From the NCBI RefSeq assembly GCF_006345805.1, contig NC_042999.1:151528001-151592000 (forward strand): 64,000 nt of DNA. Reading direction: 5' to 3'. The DNA is from Octopus sinensis. Lineage: Eukaryota. Positions 51,493-64,000 of this stretch are shown here, in pieces; the first letter of the stretch is position 1; the number at the start of each line of letters is the position of its first letter. The notes under the pieces were generated by a model. That model was not told the origin of the DNA. It searched no databases and worked only from the letters and a program-made list of their open reading frames with translations. The translations under genes and the position numbers were made by a program.

Positions 51493-51790
51493 TATATATA
51501 TATATATACATGCACACATATACATATGCATGTATGTAATCATATACTTGTATATATATGTGTGAATATGTATGTATGTGTTTGTGTATGTTGATATGTG
51601 TGTGCATGTGTAGATGTGTGCTTGTTAGCTGCATGTGCATATGTGTGTATATACATGCATATCTGTATGTATGAGTAGATATGTGTATGAAAATTTGTAA
51701 ATATTTGCATTTGTGTATACATGTCTGTATAGTATATGTGTATGTCTGTGTGCGCTTGTGTATATGTATATATGTGTGCATTAGTACGTT

Positions 51791-51835
<45 letters not shown>

Positions 51836-52310
51836 GATTACCTGTATGTGCATGAGTCTGTGTATGTTACCTTCTATAATAAATGTAAGGAACACAGAAA
51901 TACTGAAGTTAACTAATGTCAGCCAGCAAACCCCCATATTCTTCCTGTAAACCTGTAGTTATAATGGTAGACTGATATTTCCCTCCAAAAAAAGCCGCTT
52001 GGTGGATAAGATTTCATAATAGCTGCTTCATACAGAGAAAATTACCAATTTTAATTCTGTTAGCCAGGAAACAGCCTGTCATCCTCTCACTCAGCTAAAA
52101 CATCCTATAAATAGAAGCAAAATGATGTATTATAAATGATTTTTCCTTTGGGTCATTATTATTATTATTATTATATTATTATTGTTGTTGTTGTTGTTGT
52201 TGTTGTTATTATTATTATCATTATCATTATTATCATTATTATTATTTTGTAGTGGCTGGGGAGAGTCATTCTCCTTTAGTGCTTTATTATTTAACATTCA
52301 TTTATCTATG

Positions 52311-52341
<31 letters not shown>

Positions 52342-52367
52342 ATTTGTGTATGTATATATATATATAT

Positions 52368-52399
<32 letters not shown>

Positions 52400-52487
52400 G
52401 AAATGGTTGCAAGATGCAATGAAAATTTTAGGTGAAATAAATAAGTAAATGAGTGGAAACTTTACCATTATTATTATTATTATTATT

Positions 52488-52783
52488 GAGTGAGAGAGCA
52501 GTGCATGCCATCAAAGTGACACTGGGGTAAAATATACGAAGCCCAATATACCCATCATGACTACCCGTCTGATAAAGGTACACCAGGCACATGCATCACA
52601 ACCATATGTGCGCGACATGGTGATCTCATATCAAGATAAACAGCACATGACCTTGCAGGTGGGGCCCAGTTAGAATTTTCTTCAGGTTGAGTAGCCCATC
52701 CGCTCAAAAGGTCCCTGAATAAGGGTTGTTTAAGGATGTTGAAAGAACCACCCATGTTTCCAGAGGTGAATTATTCAAACCCC
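52488..52783. mobile_element. Interspersed repeat of unknown class between (ATT)n runs
   Basis: Higher-GC segment flanked on both sides by (att)n; class not assignable from this window. Confidence 0.45.
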
Positions 52784-52815
52784 TATTATTATTATTATTA
52801 TTATCATCATCATCA

Positions 52816-52846
<31 letters not shown>

Positions 52847-52865
52847 CATTATTATTATTATTATT

Positions 52866-53045
52866 AAGGTGGCAAGCTGGCAGAAACGTTTGCACACTAG
52901 GCAAAATGCTTAGCGGTATTTCGTCTGTCTTTATGTTCTAAGTTCAAATTCCACCAAGGTTGACTTTGCCTTTCATCCTAGTCCCCTCCCGCACAATTTT
53001 AGGCCTTGTGCCTATAGTAGAAAGTAACTCTATATAAAAACAAAT
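52866..53045 (+). mobile_element. SINE B with internal deletion
   Basis: Head and part of the core match the family. Confidence 0.75.
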
Positions 53046-54656
53046 ATGTCTATGCATATATGTCTAACTAAATTCATCAACCTGACATCAGTAATTTAAA
53101 CTTGTTAAGTAATATCAGGACTGAAATGTTTTTTTCTCACACAATAATCAGTCACACCTAATGTGTTAGTCATTGTTCTCTGTCACCTGTTCAATACAGG
53201 AGAGATTTATGAGATTTTCAAACAAGACAGAATGAAACAAACAATTAGTAACGGTAAAAAATTTAAAAATAAATCGACAGTACAAAACACACAAAAATGT
53301 CAAGTTACGCCATTGGTCCAGATGTTGTTGTGTGATTGAGAAGTTTGCTTCTGAACTACAAGGTTTTTAATTCAGTGTCAATCTGGGCAAGTGACTTCAG
53401 CTATAATGCCATGGTGACGAAAGCCTTATGAGAAGATTTGGTAGAAGGAAACAGGAAGAAATGAAAGAAGCCCGTCATGTGTGTGTGTGTGTTCTTTTAT
53501 TGTTTTGCTTCTTTCAGTCACTTAACTGAAGCCATGCTGGAGCACTGCCTTGAAAATTTTTAGTTGAACAACTGGACATCAGGACTTTTTTTTTAAGTCT
53601 TGCACTTATTATATTGGTCTCTTCTGCTAAACTGCTAAGTCATGGGGATATAACCACACCAACACCAGTTGTCAAGCAGTGATTGGGGTGGACAAGCCCA
53701 GACGCAAAGACACATGCACACACACACATATACACAATGGACTTCTTTCAGTTTCCATCTATAGAAGAAGACACTTGCCCAAGGTGCCACGCAGTGGGAC
53801 TGAACAGGAAACCATGTAGTTGGGAAGCAAGCTACTTACTTCACAACCACATATATAAACATAAAATCTGAAGGTATAAGAGGTTAAATAAATATATATT
53901 TCCCCCTCAAACATCCTGACTGATGTTTCTATATACACCTCATGAAATAATTTCTTTGCTCTGAATTTCTGGATTTTCAGTTGCAGGGACACTCTATATT
54001 ACACTTCTCTGTAACTGATTACTGTGTGGACTGATAGCCGAGCCCATAAGCAGAGCCTTCTGTGATAGCTGCACAATTCTCTGAATCCATATCATGTACT
54101 ACTTTTAATTACAGTTTAATTAAAGTTGCTGTTAGTTAAGCCATCATCGGACTGCAATGCATTGAAGTTAATCTTGGCTTTATACAGTTTCTCTTGAGTT
54201 AAAATCTTCCTCGAGTATGTGAGTTAGAGTTGGGTGATAATCAGGTTTTAGGGTGGATTGTTATGGAGAGGTGTTTTGGAGAAATTTTTATTGATTAAAA
54301 TTGGGGTTATGTTATTGTTTACAATTTATTCATGAATGTAAAACTTTGTAAGCAGGTGTGAATGTTTAGGTGTGTCCCTTTTGGTAGGTAAGTATGAAAT
54401 ATGCCAGTAGTTTCAGTTATATTTCATTTTAATGACAATGTAAAGATCAAAGGTTCAAAGTTTAATCCAGCATTTAAGAACTATTTTATACATAAATACA
54501 TACACACCTTTTACAATGCTCCACTTTTGCATATATCCAGAGCCTAAAATAATATATTATGTATATATATAATTTAAATTAAGCAGAAAATGGAGAAATT
54601 TTGATCAACAACAATAGACTACCATCGATTACTATTTTTAATACAGAACTTATCCT

Positions 54657-54772
54657 ATCTAACAGCTGTTTCTGCTTCCAATGTCCTACAGTGTTGCAAG
54701 TGAAAATTCTGAGAATAATATTCATCATATATTGTAACACATCTGATCTGGAACATGGAGCTTCATCAGAGC
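54657..54772 (-). ncRNA. Hammerhead ribozyme motif with long loop II
   Basis: CTGATGA-A-GCTCC...GGAAGC-A-GAAAC-AGCT-GTT-AGA; homologous to 2542-2654. Confidence 0.55.
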
Positions 54773-55134
54773 GAAGAAAAATATTTAAATAGACAGGTGT
54801 ATGAACAACAAGCAGGTGTATTAGTTTAACACTCAGGAAAGTGAGAAAGTCATTTACATTTTGAGCCTACGCTCTTCAACAGAAAGGAGTAAGAGAAAAT
54901 GGACATATATATATGAAATTTTGAATTTAGTTCATGGACCTCAATTACTACATTTGCAGACTCTCTCTTGACACAAGCAAATATGTTTCAATGTATGAAT
55001 TCAAAAGGTGATCTGGACGTGACCACCCTGTCAATTTTATTGGTTTGTTTTACATGTTTTAACCACCACAATGTAAATAGGACTACATCATCTAATGGTC
55101 TTTTTTCTTTCTGCAAACGAAATACAAAAATGGA

Positions 55135-55279
55135 ATAGTGAGTGGCAAGAAGTTTACTTCTCAGCCACATGGTTCCTGGTTCAATCCCACTGCATAGCAC
55201 CTTGAGCAAGTGTCTTCTATTATAAACTCAGGCCAACAAAGGCCTTGTAGGTGGATTTCATAGCTGTAAACTGAAAGAG

Positions 55280-55322
<43 letters not shown>

Positions 55323-55490
55323 TGTATGCATGTGTTTACGTCCCCATAACTTTGTGGTTCAGCAAAGGAGATCAATAGAATAAGTGCCAGACTTACAAAG
55401 AATAAGTCCTGGGGTTGCTTTCATTAACTAAAAGGCAGTGCTCCAGCATGGCTGCAATCAAACAACTGAAACAAATAAGAGAATAAAAGA
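55135..55490 (+). mobile_element. SINE A
   Basis: Family consensus match. Confidence 0.8.
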
Positions 55491-55499
55491 ACAAAAACT

Positions 55500-55668
55500 T
55501 ATCTCATTGCTTTGAGATTTCGATGATGGGATTGTTCACTCATAGAATAACATTGTTGGGTGAGTATGAAAAGCTAGGTTTGGTCAGTTCGAACCCAAAG
55601 CAGATAGAATATTTGAGTCAGTTGAGTTGGTTTAAATGCTAAAGGGTTAAATGCTAAAGGGCTAAAAA
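55500..55668. mobile_element. piggyBac-like MITE right end
   Basis: Ends aatgctaaagggTTAA with a short terminal duplication; overlaps in sequence with the 582-690 remnant. Confidence 0.55.
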
Positions 55669-55879
55669 ACATGAACGGATGAGATGGTCATGACTGGAAT
55701 GCCTATGATTATTTAGGGCTGACCTGGTAGCAAACAACAAGAATGGCAACACTCTTCAATGAAGGACATATATAACGTTTTGCAGTGTGTCCAGAAAACA
55801 AGACAGGATGGCCACAGTTGGGATGTCTTTGATTATAGCTCTGCTCAGTCAGAACCAACTTACAACTAAATAATATAAA

Positions 55880-55930
<51 letters not shown>

Positions 55931-56044
55931 CACCACCACCACCACTACTACTACTACTACTACAACCAACACCACCACCATCACCACTACTACTACTACA
56001 ACCACCACCACCACACCACCACCACCACCACTACTGCTATCATA

Positions 56045-56258
56045 CTTTTCTACTCTAAGCACAAAGCCCGAAATTTTTGGGGAGGATGCCAGTCGATTAG
56101 ATCAAGCCCCGTACACAACTGGTACTTAATTTATCGACCCTGAAAGGATGACAGGCAAAGTTGACCTAGGTGGAATTTGAACTCAGAACGTAAAGACAGA
56201 CGGAATACTACTAAGCATTTCGTTATGGCGTGCTAACGTTTCTGCTAGCTCACTGCCT
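56045..56258 (-). mobile_element. SINE B
   Basis: Reverse-complement match. Confidence 0.8.
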
Positions 56259-56465
56259 TACTACTACTACTATTATACTGCCATTACACAATGCTACCAA
56301 AACACCAGTATTTCATTATCAGAACTGAGAGTTTTCAGGAAAATGACAGAAGTGGGTGGCTGGTTGTTTTAGTGCAAAATTGGCAATTGGGAAACCTGAA
56401 ATGTTTTTCATAAATCAAAACCAGTGTGTGGGATTTGAGAGTAGAATTGCAGTTTGAATCAACAT

Positions 56466-56499
<34 letters not shown>

Positions 56500-58416
56500 T
56501 AATATGATTATGACGACAACAATTTTTTTTTTTCTGAATTAATTTTTTTTATTGATTTAAATCTAAATTTCAATATCAGTGTTTAGTTTTGAAAAAAGAA
56601 TTCAATTCCACTCTCTCTGATTTTGGCTTATGAAAAACATCTGTTTTATCAATACAGAAAATAAAATTTCAAGATGATAAATAGCAAATAAATAAAAATC
56701 AAAAAGAAGCAGTAAAAAAAAAAAAAAACTGTCCCCACCCACTTCCCCCCTCCAAAAAACCCCCACTGAAAAATGCTTTGTTCAAAATTTTCAATGTCTT
56801 TTAAATTTTTTTTTTGTTTTTTCTTCCATTAAATGTCTTCTTATTAATTAATTTTTCATTCATTCTCTTTTAAGATAATTCACTCTCACCACTGTAAACC
56901 ACAAAGATACTCATCAACCTTAGTACTCTGATGACAAGTTGCTTCCCCATCACCACCACCACTCTCTTCCCCAGGTTCTTATTCTTCTTTTCTCTTTCTC
57001 CCTATGCTTTTCACTTGCTTATCTCTAAGTGGAGCAGGATGAGTTTAATGCCCTTCCCAGCTCAGACCTACCCACAGCTTACACACAATAGAACTTATTA
57101 GTCACACTATGTTGACATGTCATTCATTTAACAATTGTGGTGGGGTTTTTTGGAGTTTTTTTTTTCCATTATTGTTGTACCAACAACATTAAGATAAAAA
57201 TCATCATCAGGAATGGCTGTGTGGTAAGTAGCTTGCTTACCAACCACATGGTTTCAGGTTCAGTCCAACTGTGTGGCACCATGCGCAAGTGTCTTGAAGT
57301 GGAAAGCCGGCCAAAGCCTTGTGAGTGGATTTGGTAGACAGAAACTGAAATAAGCCCATCATCATCATCGTTTAATGTCCACTATCCATGCTGGCATGAG
57401 TTGGATGGTTTGACTGAGGACTGGCAAGCCAGAAGACTGCACCAGGCTTCAATCCGATCTGGCAAAGTTTCTACAGCTGGATGCCCTTCCTAATGCCAAC
57501 CACTCTGAGAGTGTAGTGGGTGCTTTTTACATGCACCAGCACAGGAGCCAATCACCTCCACTACAGACTTGGTCACCTAGGTAGTGGAAGCTTCTAGAGG
57601 GGGCTGAGGACTGATCCTTGGTGAGCCCCTACTTGTACCCAGAATTCTTCACTATACTCATTGCTAACCCTCACCTTACTGACATCATCTCTGTACAGGG
57701 CTTGTACAACTCTTACCAACCACTCGTAATATATATATATATATATATATTACAGGGATGTACTTGCATAGCAAGTGACCTGATCTGAGATCATGTGCTG
57801 GAACGAAAACAATTGCAGCATGGAAGGTGTTTATAAGCCATTTAAGAAACACACAAAAACCGTTACATTCACTTCAACATTTAAATTTATTTTTGTCAAA
57901 ATATTTTTGTTGCTTTGAGACTGCAACCTGTTCACTGACAAAATTCCATGCTGCATCATGGAATTTTGTTAGTGAACACATGTATGTGCGCATACACACA
58001 TATATGTATATATGAGAATGTATATAATCATTTTACTTGTTTCAGTAATTTGATTGTGGCCATGCAGGAGCACCACCTTTTTGTGGAAAGATGAATGGAA
58101 GCATGACATCACCATCACTAGTGATCACTCCAAATACCATGATGTTGACTGGGTGTTTGATTTTTATCACCCTTGGTACATGTCCTCAGATTGCCCTGCT
58201 CTCAGATTGGCAATGAGGGCCAGTCAGACAGTACTGGCATTGACCACGTTCGAATGGTGCTTTTTACGTGTCACCTTCATGAGACCAGTCAGGCGGCACT
58301 GGCATTGACCACGTTCGAATGGTGGTTTTTACATGCCACTGGCATGGGTGCCAGTCAGGTGGTATTGTCATCACCCATGACAACGACAACAACAGCCTGG
58401 TCTGTCACATGATATG

Positions 58417-58462
<46 letters not shown>

Positions 58463-58465
<3 letters not shown>

Positions 58466-58734
58466 ATGGTTGTATACTGTCAATTTAACGTGACAGTAGG
58501 TGATTACACCACTGCTGTTTAGCCCTAGGAAGCATCGACGCTCCTTGATGGCTTCGACACATTTTTTTCCTGTGTCCTTATGTATTTACGAAAATATATT
58601 TCGTAAATATATAAGGACACAGGAAAAAAAAAAAATGTGTCGAAGCCAACAGGAAGCGTCGATTCTTCCTAGGGCTAAACAGCGGTGGTGTAATCCACTA
58701 CCGACACGTTAAATTGACAGTATACAACCATTCT
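58463..58734. mobile_element. Near-perfect palindromic fold-back element (~135-bp arms, no spacer)
   Basis: agaatggttgtatactgtcaatttaacgtg ... cacgttaaattgacagtatacaaccattct. Confidence 0.85.
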
Positions 58735-58806
58735 ATCGCCCCCACCACCGTACATATCCCTATGAGATATTTAGAAATTTTATATTTCTGATATATATAT
58801 ATATAC

Positions 58807-58870
<64 letters not shown>

Positions 58871-58882
58871 GTGTGTATACAT

Positions 58883-58928
<46 letters not shown>

Positions 58929-59511
58929 CTGATTGAATTGATTGATTTATCTGTTGATTATTGTGATCGGTACAGTCCAACCTAGAACTTTGTTCATTCA
59001 TGTACCCTCATGTGGGATTTGAGGCCAAAGTCAGATGCATTAATGGCTGCCACTTACTGGACACACAATGACATGCTCTGCTGATTTAGTTCTAGCCTTC
59101 ATTGCCGCACACATTTTCACTTGGCTGACTCATTTTTTCATTTTCATAGGCCTCTATTCACATTTGAATTGCTTGCCTCTATTCAGACCTGTTCATGGCC
59201 ATGATTACCCATTGCTCTTCATCAATGTGACATGCACACCCACACAGACACACACAAGCACACACACACACACACACACACATATGCACCCACGCACACA
59301 CACACACACACAAACACACAGACACGCACACACAAACACGACAGGTTTCTTTCAATTTCTGTCTACAACATTCATTCACAAGGCTTTGGTCAGCCTAAGG
59401 CTATATAATAGAAAATACTTGTCCAAGATACCATGCAGTGGGAATGAACCCAGAACCATGTGGTTGGGGAAGCAAACTTGCCACAGCCACCCCTATATAA
59501 ATATATATATA

Positions 59512-59566
<55 letters not shown>

Positions 59567-60499
59567 TCATACAACACAACACACAAATTATAGGAAGTGT
59601 TTATCTTTTAATGCTTTTAAGCATGAGTTCATGGGCTGAATGCTTTTTATAAAGTGGATATTTGAATAAAATATTGGAGGTGTGATTTTACAGTCAGTTG
59701 CACATTATACTACCAACAAAACAGCAATGAACTAACACCAATGATTCATCTAACGAGAATGAAATAAAGAAAGTTATAATATGCCTGGCTTGGCATCACA
59801 ACACATTGCTAATGGCAGAAAATAAAATACATGACTATCATAAATATTTATCAGCTATGAATGTTTATCAAGCAAGCCTAGACCTTATGATCAAAAGGTG
59901 ATCTAGACATGACCACCATGTCAATTTTATTCGTTTTTGTTTTTCATGTTTTAACCAGCACAATGTAAATAGGACTACATAATCCAATGGTCTTTTTTTT
60001 TCTTTTATTAAAACAGTATAGAGTGATTTGAGTGTTATTTGACTGCTATTTTTGGTTGGTCAAGCAATTGCATTGAGGCTCTCTTGTGGTGTGTTGTGGT
60101 TGAGGTGATGAAGATAAAGATGGTATGGTTTTTAACTTGAGGTCAGCTTTGATATAACAAAGTTATGACGAGAGGTATTTGTGATTTGATCACCTAGCCA
60201 ATGAATCTAGCACAACATGATCCATCGTATCCTTCCTCTTTTATGTGTGTGTATGTGTGTGTGTGTGTGGTGTGTGTGTGTGTGTGTGTGTGTGTAACAA
60301 AATTTCTTATCTTGGACACAGAGTTACCCATGGTTTCGTATCCACAAAGCCAAAGCCTTGTGGACAGCTCATTAGACTCTATATAAAGACAAAAATTTTA
60401 AATTTTTTCATCACAGACTTGAAGAAACACTCAGAAATCAAGAAATACATCTTAACAAAAGAACGTTCATGAGGACAGCTTGTCTCCCCTGAACCAGAG

Positions 60500-61700
60500 T
60501 AAAACCAATCCTTAAAAACCCGAAGGGGCCTAACCAGCAAACAGAGAGATCCAGTTTCCCAGTAAGTAGCACTTGAAGTGGACACATTTAGAAAACACTT
60601 CTTTACAACAATTACACACTCCAGGTTTCATATAGTCCTTAAGAATTTTGGCTCTTTCTGCAATGCAGATCTTGCAATAGCCACTTCCATTAACATATGG
60701 GCCTGGACGATCAATTAATTTCCACCTGATATCACACAGGGTCCCTTGATCTTTAAGGTGCCACACATGGCGAGCCAAGGACATGACAAACCATTTTTCA
60801 GGGACTCTGAAGGATGACTGGTGGTTAAGAAAACGTCGCTTGAAAGAAATACTGGCAGATCTAATATATTTACAAACATGGGCTGTGGCCTTATTCACAC
60901 TCCTGGTAACATATGGTGCGAGGCCAGTCATCCCATCGGTGTCAAAGATAATTATTTGGTCATCATCTGTGGTGGTGGTACTGGTGGTGGCGCTGGATAC
61001 CTCCTCAACATCTCTGGTCCTGAGATGATCATCATTTCTAGGTGTGGTAATTGTACTCATGGTAAAATATGTTGCATGTCTGATCACTCTATCTGTGTCT
61101 ATAATTTGTTTATTATCTGTGGGGGAGTGGTGGTACTGGGGTCTTTGATAATGTTCTCTGAGATGTTATCCCGGACTGTTTATTATCTCAGGGCATGGCA
61201 ATTGTACTGGCGTGAGATCTGGTTAATCTGCTAATATTGCTGTTGGATGGTACATTACTGTTAATGCGGATAGCAGGTCTCGGTATTACCGTAGACTCAT
61301 AGATGACCCCTTCAGCTTTGCATTGGTCTCCTAATGAACAGTTATTATATAACCTGCAAGAGCAACCTGCCTCATCCCTTGTATTGTGAGTACTTGTTAA
61401 AATGTTTTTCGTGTTAGATGCACAACGAAGGGGGACTCTAATATTGTGTCTGTTAAATAATTGCATGTATCTATGTATGTGAGTGAAATGTTTGCCTATC
61501 AATCTGAGGAAAATCTTTCCTGCACAAGTCTTGACATTGAGCGAGAAGGTTGGAACAAACTAAACAACATTTCTGTGGCACTTCCTTTTCTGAGTGCTAG
61601 GGCCAGGCATGTAGGAGATGCAGTCCTTAATCCCACTCAATGCCAGTGCCTCATTGTTGTAGGGACAGCGGTATTGAAGATATCTTGGCTCGAGGATAGA
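60500..61700 (-). mobile_element. Penelope-like element: RT C-terminus and GIY-YIG endonuclease
   Basis: FSLNVKTCAGKIFLRLIGKHF, CSCRLYNNCSL..C..EGVIYESTV, YI..SISFKRRFLNHQSSFR, LARHVWHLKD..IRWKLI..YCKICIAE. Confidence 0.85.
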
Positions 61701-61719
61701 TACACACACACGTATATAT

Positions 61720-61970
61720 AATTGTTAAACAGAATGTCAAACATTAAGGCAAGGCAAACATTTCAAGTTATATACAATATTACTACAGGAAGAAATCCAA
61801 AATTTTGCAGCTGTTTCTGGGAAATCCTTGATTATGGGATATTCCACTGCATCGGAAATCTGCAATAGCTCCATAACTACTGTCTCGGCTATAACCTTGG
61901 GGCCCCAGCAATCTGTTACAGCACTACCTAATCATATAGATCACCTGTGAACTAAACCCCCATACTTTAT
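61720..61970 (-). mobile_element. PLE-derived unit with degenerate hammerhead (61803-61859)
   Basis: ttt-CCGATGC..GGAATATCC..GGATTTCC..GAAAC-AGCT-GCA-AAA; homologous to 45367-45660. Confidence 0.6.
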
Positions 61971-61994
61971 ATATAGGGTTAGGGTTAGGTTAAG

Positions 61995-62430
61995 AGTGCA
62001 GGAGTGGCTGTGTGGTAAGTAGCTTGCCTACAAACCACATGGTTCCAGGTTCATTCCCACTGCGTAGCACCTTGGGCAAGTGTCTTCTACTATAGCCTCG
62101 GGCCGACCAAAGCCTTGTGAGTGGATTTGGTAGATGGAAACTAAAAGAAGCTCGTCGTATATATGTATATATATATATATATATAAATATATATGTGTGT
62201 GTGTGTGGTGTGTGTGTGTGTGTGTATGTTTGTGTGTTTGTGTTTGTCCCCCCAACATTGCTTGACAACCGATGCTGGTGTGTTTATGTCCCCGTAACCT
62301 AGCAGTTCGGCAAAAGAGACCGATAGAATATGTACTAGGCTTACAAAGAATAAGTCCTGGGGTTGATCTGCTTGACTGAAGGCAGTGCTCTAGCATGGCC
62401 GCAGTCAAATGACTGAAACAAGTAAAAGAG
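61995..62430 (+). mobile_element. SINE A
   Basis: Family consensus match. Confidence 0.85.
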
Positions 62431-63624
62431 TATATATATAAATAAAATTGTGTTACATACAAAATAAGGAGAAATGGCCTCTAAAGTGGACACCTTATAT
62501 GCTAAACATAGATGTCAAATTGCCATTACCACAAAAAATGAGTTCTGAAGGAAAAAATCTCAGCTAAATGCCAAAATGTAAAAATGAGCAAGACAGATGA
62601 AAACATACGAAATAAAAACGATTACCTATGTACCAATTGGTTTCACTTGTTAATATCTACGTATATAAACACATAGTGGTGGTGGTGGTAGTTGCTTCAA
62701 AGTGAAGGTAGGGTTGCCAAATGTTTTCCGTGGATTTTACCAAAATAATTTTCAAAATTTATTTTTAAATTCTTGAGTTTTATCAGGGTAGATTTTTAAA
62801 AAATACATAGCAAACTTTATTTTATATATGAAAAAATAGGGGACTTTTCTCATTCATTTATAATTAGGTTACTTCCACTTATTTACAGTTATTTAAAAAA
62901 TATTTTTGCATAAGTTTTGAATATTGTTGCCTTAGTTTTACATATTGTTGCTTAAGTTGTAGATAGTTGCCATTCTGTAAATGTCACATTTTTTCATATA
63001 AAATAGCATTTAATGTTTCCATACTTAATTATAAATTATTTTATACCATTATACTGTTTACCAAAGAAAACAGCCTTTCTGGTGCAGATGAACGAATCAA
63101 TGATGATAATGAATTTATAGTTAATTTTGAGATGATTCATAAATAAGGTTTAACATCACATTTTTCTTGACAAATACGATACTAATTATTATAAAATATT
63201 TGTCTGGTTCTGAAATTTCATTCTTTTGTGGAGTTAACTCTTGACATTTTTTGCTGGCATTTCCATGCTCTTTTCTTTAATTAATATGAAGAAATTTCAT
63301 TAATAATTGGGTAACTGGATATGGCTGTCCTTGAAGACACATTTTCTGGACACCAAGCAGGCAAGGTCAAAACAGCTTTGCTAAAACATCTCATGCTCAC
63401 TTGGAATACTCAGCCACATACATGTTAATTCAATATGTAGGTAGTTCAGTTGTTCAAATAATTTGATATTCGTTATGGAAACTGATGAACCTCTCACTTT
63501 TATAAGTATGAGTAATGTGGTGTAAGTCAAAAATTGAGAGGTTTTTGTCATGCAAGGTACTTGATGACCCTGTTGGTGATGGTGCCATGTAAAAAGCACT
63601 GGTGATAGAGCTTTCTAAATGAGC

Positions 63625-64000
63625 TCTTTTACTCTTTTACTTGTTCCATTCATCTGACTGCGGCCATGCTGTAGCACTGCCATTTAGTCGAGCAAATTCA
63701 CTTCAAGACTTTTTCTTTGTAAGCCTAGTACTTATTCTATCAGTCTCTTTTTCTGAACCGCAAAGTTACGGGGACGTAAACACACCAGCATCAGTTGTCA
63801 AGCGATGTTGGGGGGACAAACACAGACACACAAACATATATACACACAAACATATATACACACACACATACATATATATATATACGTATATATGACGGGC
63901 TTCTTTCAGTTTCCATCTACCAAATCCACTCACAAAGCTTTGGTCAGTCTGAGGCTATAGTAGAAGACACTTGCCTAAGGTACCACGCAGTGGGACTGAA
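63625..64000 (-). mobile_element. SINE A (runs off the window end)
   Basis: Family consensus match. Confidence 0.85.

Noticed and set aside
62709-62760. hAT element end (tagggttgcca)
   Set aside because: No matching opposite TIR or 8-bp TSD found in the window.

Overview
AT-rich, microsatellite-saturated eukaryotic DNA. The SINE repertoire and repeat style point to an octopus (coleoid cephalopod) genome; this is inferred from the repeats, not from a database search. The window is intronic or intergenic and contains no long intact ORF; nearly every ORF in the supplied track is a translated microsatellite. Main content: (i) three tRNA-headed SINE families, called A, B and D here, in dozens of copies; (ii) 3' remnants of RTE LINEs whose 3' UTR carries a modular minisatellite; (iii) a CR1-group RT remnant; (iv) Tc1/mariner, Tigger-like and piggyBac-like relics and MITEs; (v) many Penelope-like element (PLE) remnants, including RT/GIY-YIG fragments and several short non-coding families with minimal hammerhead ribozyme (HHR) motifs. 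The most interesting signal is the HHR-PLE system. One copy is truncated at the predicted cleavage site, two fold-back copies turn about 13-17 nt downstream of it, and a young ~215-bp HHR unit occurs as a tandem pair resembling a retrozyme. There are also TSD-flanked SINE dimers, several long hairpins and a few weak host-exon candidates. Coordinates were counted by eye; repeat boundaries are approximate (about +/-20 bp).
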